Assembly: GCA_043822165.1 (NCBI GenBank) | Contig: JBDRCA010000163.1 | Coordinates: 1-33,322 of the forward strand | DNA from: Candidatus Altiarchaeota archaeon | Lineage (GTDB): Archaea; Altiarchaeota; Altiarchaeia; IMC4; SCGC-AAA252-I15 | Direction: 5' to 3' | DNA length: 33,322 bases | In this document: positions 1 to 6,148 of the stretch, piece by piece | Layout: each line of letters starts with the position of its first letter | Position numbering within the stretch: the stretch's first letter is position 1 | Translations under genes and position numbers: made by a program | Notes under the pieces: model-generated | What the model was told of the DNA's origin: nothing | The model's database searches: none | What the model saw: the letters and a program-made list of their open reading frames with translations, nothing else

Positions 1-67
1 GGCTTGAAATATGAAAAAAGTTAGAATAATCCCCTCTATTTAATTCATCATAAAAAAAGATTGTGGA

Positions 68-95
68 AACCTCGCAGCCGTCAGACTGCGGGGTT
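68..95 (+). terminator. GC-rich 10-bp stem-loop (aacctcgcag/ctgcggggtt, one G-U pair) followed by a T-rich tract; possible terminator of a gene lying upstream of the window
   Basis: The inverted repeat was read directly. The T-rich run ttgatgtttgtttgtgtggttttta follows it. Confidence 0.2.
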
Positions 96-152
96 GATGT
101 TTGTTTGTGTGGTTTTTATAAACAATTGATATATTACTTAACAAGGTGTTGA

Positions 153-290
153 ATGATGTCTGGTAAAACTCAAGATGTGAATGTTGACGTGAGAAAAGAG
201 TTGGATTACGTGAAACATAAGACTAGCAGAGACATCTATTCGATGCTGGAGGCTAAGTTCGGGAAAACAAAACTCCATAAAACTGTTTAG
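153..290 (+). CDS. Possible 45-aa small protein (MMSGKTQDVNVDVRKELDYVKHK...), function unknown
   Basis: ATG is preceded by an SD-like AAGGTG 4 nt upstream and a TATA-like tttttataaa about 30-40 nt upstream. Its 3-prime end overlaps the convergent PIN-like gene by 38 nt. No recognisable family. Confidence 0.3.
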   Translation: MMSGKTQDVNVDVRKELDYVKHKTSRDIYSMLEAKFGKTKLHKTV

Positions 291-765
291 GAGTCATAAT
301 CTTGACAAGATCCAGCCTATACTTTTTATTGCTTTTCTCAAGATTCTTCCAGTAATTCTTTGCCAGAATCCCTCTACGGTTACGCGTCACGAAGAAGTCC
401 ACTTTTGCGATACTACTCCACGCGTAATTCAAGGCGTCGTCCATGACCTCCCCTGCTTCTTCTTTTTCCAGGCGTTGAATATAGTTCCACGCCAACTTAT
501 GCGCTTCCTGAATTTTGTCAGAATGGATTACTTCAAGAACTGCTTTACTGGGAGACAAACTAGCGTAATACTCCGGGAGAACAGCATCCCTAATCCGCTC
601 ACTCACGTCTTCTGAATTTAATTCCTTGGATATTATGGCCGTCGACACGAAATTATCCCTGTGTTTTATAGCATACTCCACGATTCTCTTCACCAACAAG
701 TAATCCTCCTCCTTTAAGTCGGCTAAGACGCCATACACAGAAGTGTCGAGTAGAATAGTTTCCAC
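253..765 (-). CDS. PIN-domain-like (VapC-like) protein, 170 aa, with no adjacent antitoxin gene
   Basis: N-terminal ILLDTSVY, central IISKEL, and DDALNYAWSSIAKVDFFVTRN resemble the three acidic PIN motifs (the last Asp is replaced by Asn). GTG start with TATA-like TATTTATT about 25-30 nt upstream. GC is lower than the neighbours. Confidence 0.5.
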   Translation of the reverse strand: METILLDTSVYGVLADLKEEDYLLVKRIVEYAIKHRDNFVSTAIISKELNSEDVSERIRDAVLPEYYASLSPSKAVLEVIHSDKIQEAHKLAWNYIQRLEKEEAGEVMDDALNYAWSSIAKVDFFVTRNRRGILAKNYWKNLEKSNKKYRLDLVKIMTPKQFYGVLFSRT

Positions 766-913
766 GGAAAAATATTAAGTCGCATGGAATAAATACAGGA
801 TTCCATCAACGCCTCGGCTTCCTCACGGTTTTAAGTCGGGTTCGCGTCGTCGTATTCGAAGGAGAAGCCCAAACCAGATTCAAGGTTCCACTTGGCATTG
901 CCTTGATACGCTA

Positions 914-1003
914 GCAAACGGTTGCCTTCAGGCAACCGAATTGCAACCGTTTGCGCGTGTAAAAAATTCGGCTTCCGAGTCCTTCGGACTCGGCCGCCGA
1001 ATT
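914..1003. other. Candidate structured RNA element: two adjacent perfect stem-loop systems in a divergent intergenic region
   Basis: 914-925 gcaaacggttgc pairs with 943-954 gcaaccgtttgc (12 bp). A competing hairpin is 919-926 cggttgcc / 931-938 ggcaaccg. Second system: 965-972 aattcggc / 996-1003 gccgaatt encloses 975-982 ccgagtcc / 986-993 ggactcgg. Confidence 0.3.
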
Positions 1004-1095
1004 ATTTCACAATCATCAGTAAAACAAATGAAACCGCCAGTTAAAGCCGGTAAGGATTAACAATTATAATATCCAATAACCGTAATATCTACAAA

Positions 1096-2046
1096 ATGAC
1101 GGTTAAAGTAGGAGTAATAGGTGCTGGCAGGTGGGGCAGGAATCATCTTCGGGTGTATTCTCAGCTTGGCTGTGAGTTGGTGGGTCTTGCGGATGTTAAT
1201 CCTGACTTGAAAAAGCTTGCCGATGATTACGGCATAAAGTTTTTCACAGACTACAAAAAGCTTTTGCGCGAGGTTGACGCGGTCTCCGTTGTCGTGCCGA
1301 CTAATCTTCACTATGACGTTGTCACGGATTGCATTAAGGCTGGCAAGCACGTCATGGTCGAGAAGCCGATTACTACAGACTCTGAGGAGACTCAGGAGCT
1401 TGTGTCTCTCGCGGAAGACAAGGATGTGGTTTTGATGGCTGGTTACTTGTTCCGATTTAACGCGGCATCAATTCGGCTTCGCGAGCTTATGAAGGGTGCG
1501 GGAGACGTTCACTATATTACTGCGCGCTATGTTCACTCAAGCAAGCCTCCGCGGAAGGATTCAGGGGTTGTCTTTAATTTTGCGGTGCACTTGATTGATA
1601 TTTTGTCGTTTATTTTGGAGAAGCCTCCTGTGAGCGTTTTCTGCAAGAACGTTCATTATCTGTCTGATGAACGCGAGGATTCCGCGTTGATTATACTCGA
1701 CTACGGGGATATTGTCGCAAACCTTGAGGTTGGCTGGTTCCATCCGTTGAAGAAGAGGGATATGTGGGTTATCTGTTCGAAGGAGAAGATTTACGTGGAT
1801 TTTTTGGAGCAGATGATTGTGCGCCATCCGATTAATATTTCTTATGATGGTGTTTCCGCGGAAAAGGAGGTCATCGAGGAGTTCCCGAAAAACGAGCCGT
1901 TGAAGGCGGAACTTGAGTACTTTATCTATTGTGTCCGGGAAGGCAGGAAGCCGGACGTTGACTCTGAGGCGTATATGACGACCAAGATTTGCGAGCTTTG
2001 TCTTAAGTCGGCGAAAATTGGGGCTGAAATCCCTGTTTTCGATTAG
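1096..2046 (+). CDS. Gfo/Idh/MocA-family NAD(P)-dependent sugar oxidoreductase (WbpB-like nucleotide-sugar dehydrogenase)
   Basis: N-terminal Rossmann motif VGVIGAGRWGRNH, EKP motif (MVEKPIT), length 316 aa, glycan-island context. Confidence 0.85.
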   Translation: MTVKVGVIGAGRWGRNHLRVYSQLGCELVGLADVNPDLKKLADDYGIKFFTDYKKLLREVDAVSVVVPTNLHYDVVTDCIKAGKHVMVEKPITTDSEETQELVSLAEDKDVVLMAGYLFRFNAASIRLRELMKGAGDVHYITARYVHSSKPPRKDSGVVFNFAVHLIDILSFILEKPPVSVFCKNVHYLSDEREDSALIILDYGDIVANLEVGWFHPLKKRDMWVICSKEKIYVDFLEQMIVRHPINISYDGVSAEKEVIEEFPKNEPLKAELEYFIYCVREGRKPDVDSEAYMTTKICELCLKSAKIGAEIPVFD

Positions 2047-2066
2047 GATACGCTTAAAGTCTTATA

Positions 2067-2078
2067 CAACCCAATAAT
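2067..2078 (+). repeat. Left copy of an imperfect direct repeat flanking the TA cassette (caacccaataat)
   Basis: 11/12 identical to 2690-2701. The extended form ttatacaacccaataat matches ttatgccaaaccaataat. Confidence 0.4.
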
Positions 2079-2087
2079 TGATATAAG

Positions 2088-2354
2088 ATGAAAGAAAGTC
2101 TGAGGAAAAAAATAGTGGTTGACCCAAAGATTATGGTGGGCAAACCCGTGATAAAAGGGACGAGGATTCCTGTAGATGCAATCATCAAAAGGATGGCGGA
2201 CGGCTTAACCATCGAAGAGATACTTGTTGATTACCCGAAGCTTGTGAGAGACGACATAAAAGCCGCCCTACAGTACAGCATAGATGTCCTGAGAGGCGAG
2301 GACGTGGTACCTCTGGTAATAAAAGGGGGAAAGCATGCGGCTCCTAGTCGATGA
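2088..2354 (+). CDS. DUF433-family protein, putative antitoxin of a DUF433/DUF5615 pair
   Basis: MVGKPVIKGTRIPVDAIIKRMADGLTIEEILVDYPKLVRDDIKAALQY is the typical DUF433 core. It overlaps the next ORF by 20 nt. Confidence 0.8.
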   Translation: MKESLRKKIVVDPKIMVGKPVIKGTRIPVDAIIKRMADGLTIEEILVDYPKLVRDDIKAALQYSIDVLRGEDVVPLVIKGGKHAAPSR

Positions 2355-2682
2355 AAGCACCGGCAAAAGACTTGCAGAACTTCTGAAAAAAGAAGGCCAT
2401 AATACTCTTTTTGTCGGGGATGCGATTCCATCTGCTACCGATGAAGAAGTCATAAAGAAGGCCAAAAACGAGAACAGGATTCTTGTAACAGACGATAAGG
2501 ACTTTGGGGAGTTGGTTTTTAGAATGAAGAAGCCAGTAAGCGGAGTCATACTATTGAGAACCGCAACGCACCCGGATGAGCGACTCAAGATACTGGTGAA
2601 TCTGATAAAGACGTATGACTTGACAAACAAGTTCATTGTCGTCAAAGAAGGGGTCGTAAGAATAAGAACGATAAAACCCTAA
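2335..2682 (+). CDS. DUF5615-family PIN-like protein, putative toxin
   Basis: MRLLVDES...GHNTLFV...TDEEVIKKAKNENRILVTDDKDFGELV...GVILLR matches the DUF5615/COG4634 PIN-like pattern. A G-rich SD-like run lies upstream. Confidence 0.8.
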   Translation: MRLLVDESTGKRLAELLKKEGHNTLFVGDAIPSATDEEVIKKAKNENRILVTDDKDFGELVFRMKKPVSGVILLRTATHPDERLKILVNLIKTYDLTNKFIVVKEGVVRIRTIKP

Positions 2683-2689
2683 GTTATGC

Positions 2690-2701
2690 CAAACCAATAA
2701 T
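2690..2701 (+). repeat. Right copy of the imperfect direct repeat flanking the TA cassette (caaaccaataat)
   Basis: See 2067-2078. Confidence 0.4.
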
Positions 2702-2759
2702 ATGTGGGCCGTGCCTTAAGTCGGGGAAAGTTGGCGCGGAAATGTCTGTGTCAGAGTGA
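2694..2759 (+). pseudogene. Relic of the last ~20 codons of a Gfo/Idh/MocA oxidoreductase gene (paralogous to the 3-prime end of 1096-2046)
   Basis: Translates to ICGPCLKSGKVGAEMSVSE*, versus ICELCLKSAKIGAEIPVFD* at the end of 1096-2046. About 33/45 nt are identical over 2715-2759 vs 2002-2046, with the same length to the stop codon. Confidence 0.6.
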
Positions 2760-3686
2760 ATTGTACCAGTCTACGAACAAGGGTATTCCTTCCTCGATTT
2801 TCACTTTCGGCTCATAGCCGAGAAGCTTTTTCGCCTTCGAGATGTTAGCGTAAGTGATTGGGACGTCTCCTGCCTGAACCGGTTTTTTCTCGATTACGGC
2901 TTTTTTACCGAGTGCATCATCTATCAGTGATATCAGGTAGCTTAATTCGACTGTCTTCGAGTCCCCGAGATTTATGATTTCGTAGCCGAGCTTTTTCTCC
3001 CATGCGGCGACCACGCCGTCCGCGATGTCTGAGACGTACGTGTAGTCTCTTTTTGCCTTACCGTCGCCGAAGACTGGGATAGGCTCTCCTTCGCTTATCG
3101 CCTTCGTGAACTTGTAAACCGCCATGTCAGGCCTACCCCGCGGCCCATAGACCGTGAAAAAACGAAGACACGAAATATTCATCCCATACAAGTGATGATA
3201 GACGTGGCAGAGCGCCTCCCCGGCAAGTTTTGAGGACGCGTAAGGAGAAATCTGGTTGTCCACCTTATCCTCCTCGCTGAAAGGAACCTTCTCGTTCACC
3301 CCGTAAACGCTCGAAGACGAGCCGAAGACGAAATTATCAATATTTTTCTCCCGGCAAAGCTCAAGCAGGTTAAGGGTTCCCTCAACGTTTACTTTGACAT
3401 AAACTTGCGGGTTTTTTATTGACGGTCGAACTCCTGCTCTGGCAGCCAAGTGAATGACCGACTCAACGCCATCGAATGCTTTTGAAACCGAGGCTTTTTC
3501 TGTTATGTCTGCTTTAACGAACTTGAAGTCTTCACATTCAAGTTCCGCAAGATTTCTCTTTTTTACTTCAGGATTGTAGAAGTCGTTTAAATCGTCAACG
3601 CAAACAACTTCTTCTCCTCTGGAAAGCAGCTTCTCGCAGACGTGGCTTCCTATGAATCCGGCGCCGCCGGTTACGAGCACAGTCAT
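2751..3686 (-). CDS. NAD-dependent epimerase/dehydratase, UDP-glucuronate 4-epimerase-like
   Basis: GGAGFIGSH Rossmann motif, YASSK catalytic motif, LRFFTVYGPRGRPDMA signature typical of UDP-GlcA 4-epimerases. Confidence 0.8.
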   Translation of the reverse strand: MTVLVTGGAGFIGSHVCEKLLSRGEEVVCVDDLNDFYNPEVKKRNLAELECEDFKFVKADITEKASVSKAFDGVESVIHLAARAGVRPSIKNPQVYVKVNVEGTLNLLELCREKNIDNFVFGSSSSVYGVNEKVPFSEEDKVDNQISPYASSKLAGEALCHVYHHLYGMNISCLRFFTVYGPRGRPDMAVYKFTKAISEGEPIPVFGDGKAKRDYTYVSDIADGVVAAWEKKLGYEIINLGDSKTVELSYLISLIDDALGKKAVIEKKPVQAGDVPITYANISKAKKLLGYEPKVKIEEGIPLFVDWYNSL

Positions 3687-3725
3687 GGTATATAAAATAA
3701 GGTTTGTTTATTTTAATTGGATAAG

Positions 3726-3830
3726 ATGTGCTCTGAAGGCGAAGACGGGAAAGGCAAGGAAAAAAAGTTGAGCAAAAAGGACGAGGAGGAGATTAAGAGG
3801 CGTCTTCGGGCTCTGGGTTACCTAGACTGA
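3726..3830 (+). CDS. 34-aa micro-ORF consisting of an acidic/basic linker plus the tail RLRALGYLD
   Basis: ATG about 27-36 nt downstream of TATA-like tatataaaata. Its C-terminal peptide is shared at amino-acid level, with different codons, with the next two ORFs. Confidence 0.35.
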   Translation: MCSEGEDGKGKEKKLSKKDEEEIKRRLRALGYLD

Positions 3831-3862
3831 TTTAAATACTTTTAATTATATTTAATTAAGAG

Positions 3863-4072
3863 ATGTCTTCTGAGAAAACCAGGTACACTACGGTCAGCAT
3901 CCCCATAGAGCTTGCCGAAAAGGCTAAAAAACAAATCAAGGGCACTGGCTTCAAGAATCTGTCAGACTACGTCGCATACCTTCTCCGCGAAATAGTCGCA
4001 TCTCGCAGAGACTGGGATGAAGGCGACCTGGAAAAAGTAAAGGAGAGACTAAGAGCACTCGGCTACCTGTAA
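3863..4072 (+). CDS. Ribbon-helix-helix (CopG-like) small DNA-binding protein with C-terminal RLRALGYL tail
   Basis: TTVSIPIELAEKAKKQIK...NLSDYVAYLLREIV fits a strand-helix-helix RHH pattern. It ends 1 nt before cysD and has an AT-rich TATA-like region upstream. Confidence 0.7.
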   Translation: MSSEKTRYTTVSIPIELAEKAKKQIKGTGFKNLSDYVAYLLREIVASRRDWDEGDLEKVKERLRALGYL

Positions 4073-4073
4073 A

Positions 4074-4880
4074 ATGGACTACTTGGACGAACTGGAGAGC
4101 AACAGCATCTATGTCATGCGGGAGGCATACAAAAAGTTCAGGAAGCTTGCGATGCTCTGGAGTGTGGGAAAGGATTCGACAACCCTCATATGCCTTGCTA
4201 GGAAGGCTTTTTACGGGAGAGTGCCTTTTCCCGTAATCCACATAGACACGGGGAGGAAGTTCAGGGAAATGTACGAGTTCCGGGACCGCTGCGTAAGAGA
4301 ATGGGATTTGAAGCTTATAGTGGCCTGCAAAAAAGACGCAGACGAGCGCGGCATCACGCCTAAAGACAAGATAGCGTGCTGCGACTACCGCAAAACTCAG
4401 GCGCTAAAAGACGCCATTTCAGAGCACGGGTTCGAAGCCTTGATTCTAGGGATACGCCGCGACGAACACGGGGTGCGAGCCAAGGAGCGGGTTGTTAGCC
4501 CCAGGGACAAGGATTTTTCCTGGAACTACAAGGATCAGGCGCCGGAGCTTTGGAACCAGTACAAGACTAAAAGGGAGGGCGAGCAACACCTCCGGATACA
4601 CCCGCTTCTTGCCTGGACGGAGCAAGACGTGTGGCGCTACATAAAGCGTGAAAACCTCCCCGTGAATCCTCTTTATTTTTCAGGCGCCAGAGAGCGCGGG
4701 AAACGATACAGGAGCCTGGGATGCGAGTGCTGCACGAATCCTGTGGAGAGCGCCGCGAAAACAGTGGACGAAATAATAGCGGAAATAGAGTCCTCCCGGC
4801 AATCCGAGCGCTCTGGGCGCGCCCAAGACAAGGAGACCTCAGATGCCATGCAAAAATTGAGGGCGTTGGGGTACATGTGA
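4074..4880 (+). CDS. cysD: Sulfate adenylyltransferase subunit 2 (CysD)
   Basis: PP-loop SVGKDS, LARKAFY...PFPV.H.DTG.KFREMYEFRD, RRDE...RAKER, WTEQDVW. It is close to E. coli CysD along the whole length and is followed by cysN. Confidence 0.9.
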   Translation: MDYLDELESNSIYVMREAYKKFRKLAMLWSVGKDSTTLICLARKAFYGRVPFPVIHIDTGRKFREMYEFRDRCVREWDLKLIVACKKDADERGITPKDKIACCDYRKTQALKDAISEHGFEALILGIRRDEHGVRAKERVVSPRDKDFSWNYKDQAPELWNQYKTKREGEQHLRIHPLLAWTEQDVWRYIKRENLPVNPLYFSGARERGKRYRSLGCECCTNPVESAAKTVDEIIAEIESSRQSERSGRAQDKETSDAMQKLRALGYM

Positions 4881-4882
4881 GG

Positions 4883-6148
4883 ATGGAGAATCTCAAGCTT
4901 GTGATTGTAGGCCACGTCGACCACGGCAAGTCGACGCTTATAGGGCGGCTATTCTACGATACCGGAAGCCTTCCCGATGGGAAGGTCCAGGAGATACGCG
5001 AAATATGTGCGGCGCTTGGAAGAGACTTTGAGTTCGGCTTCGTAATGGACAATCTCTCAGAGGAGAGGGACCAGAGCATAACCATCGATACTGCCCAGAA
5101 GTTTTTCAAAACCGGGAAGCGCAGATACACGATAATTGATGCGCCAGGGCACGTCGAATTCATTAAAAACATGATTACCGGGGCAAGCCAGGCCGACGCC
5201 GCAATACTAATCGTGGACGTTCAGGAGGGGGTGCGCGAGCAGACCCGCCGACACGCATACATTCTCGGAATGCTTGGTTTGAGCCAGGTTATAGTCTGCA
5301 TCAACAAGATGGACAAGGCAGATTACGCGGAAGACCGTTTCGACGAGGTCGCGGGGAAGCTATCAGCATTCCTTGATGAAATAAACATTAAGCCCTACTA
5401 CATTATCCCTGCTTGCGCAAAAGACGGGGACAACATAGCGGAAAAATCCGGAAAAATACCCTGGTACACCGGCCCCACAATACTTGCTGCCCTTGACCAG
5501 TTCAAACTATCAACACCCCCAAAAAACAAGCTCCTCAGGTTCCCAGTCCAAGACGTCTACAAGTTCGACGAAAAAAGGATTATCACAGGCAGGATAACAA
5601 GCGGGACAATAAGACCCGGAGAGGAAATAATGGTGCTCCCAAGCGGGGAGAAAACCAAGGTAAACTCAATCGAGCAGTGGCAGTCAGACAAAAAGAACCA
5701 GTTCGGGCGCGGAAAATACTATCATCCATCATCGGCCGGAGCAGGCAAAAGCAGCGGAGTAATGCTTGAAGAAAAACTCTTCGTTGACAGAGGAGACGTG
5801 ATAGTCTCCCCGGCAGATGCGCCCAGGGTCGCCGACTCGTTTAAGGCTCACGTCTTCTGGCTCGACAAAAAACCATATTCATCCGGCGAGCGGCTGACGT
5901 TCAAGTGCGCGACCCAGGAAGTCATGTGCGAAATAGAGAAAATAGAAAAAATCATCGATTCATCAACGCTTAAAACCATCTCCGAGAACGCAAAGGAAAT
6001 CAAAAACAGGGAAGTCGCAGACATAACCTTAAAGACCGCGAAACCCGTGGTAATCGAAAACTTCAATAAAACGCCCGAACTCGGCCGCTTCGTCTTGGAG
6101 CGCGCAGACACGTGCGCCGGGGGAATCATAACGGAGGCAAACCTGTGA
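4883..6148 (+). CDS. cysN: Sulfate adenylyltransferase subunit 1 GTPase (CysN), without a fused APS kinase domain
   Basis: G1 GHVDHGKST, G3 DAPGH, G4 NKMD, EF-Tu-like beta-barrel domains. ATG at 4883 was chosen over the upstream extension to 4721, which overlaps cysD. Confidence 0.9.
   Translation: MENLKLVIVGHVDHGKSTLIGRLFYDTGSLPDGKVQEIREICAALGRDFEFGFVMDNLSEERDQSITIDTAQKFFKTGKRRYTIIDAPGHVEFIKNMITGASQADAAILIVDVQEGVREQTRRHAYILGMLGLSQVIVCINKMDKADYAEDRFDEVAGKLSAFLDEINIKPYYIIPACAKDGDNIAEKSGKIPWYTGPTILAALDQFKLSTPPKNKLLRFPVQDVYKFDEKRIITGRITSGTIRPGEEIMVLPSGEKTKVNSIEQWQSDKKNQFGRGKYYHPSSAGAGKSSGVMLEEKLFVDRGDVIVSPADAPRVADSFKAHVFWLDKKPYSSGERLTFKCATQEVMCEIEKIEKIIDSSTLKTISENAKEIKNREVADITLKTAKPVVIENFNKTPELGRFVLERADTCAGGIITEANL

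Noticed and set aside
832-840. Third copy of the 9-mer ttaagtcgg, shared with the oxidoreductase 3-prime end and its relic
   Set aside because: Similarity does not extend beyond the 9-mer, and the surrounding frame has no start codon and an implausible translation. It is probably chance.
1011-1020. C-box-like cUGAUGAu on the minus strand (aatcatcagt), with a CUGA about 85 nt away: a C/D box sRNA?
   Set aside because: The spacing is too long for an archaeal C/D sRNA. The first C-box position is wrong, the intervening sequence is dominated by long hairpins, and no C-prime/D-prime boxes were found.
1057-1350. 97-aa minus-strand ORF overlapping the start of the oxidoreductase gene
   Set aside because: It is antisense to the Rossmann-fold N-terminus and has no family signal.
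4721-4882. Upstream extension of the cysN ORF (track start 4721) overlapping cysD by 160 nt
   Set aside because: The extension (MRVLHESCGERRENSG...) has no family similarity and is just the alternative frame of cysD. The GTPase family N-terminus (MENLKLVIVGHVDHGKST) begins at the ATG at 4883, right after the cysD stop.
6112-6144. ATG at 6112 as start of the NPP-fold gene
   Set aside because: It would overlap cysN by 37 nt. The GTG at 6145 has a GGAGG at ideal spacing, overlaps the cysN stop, and gives the family-like start ITVIAIDALEY.
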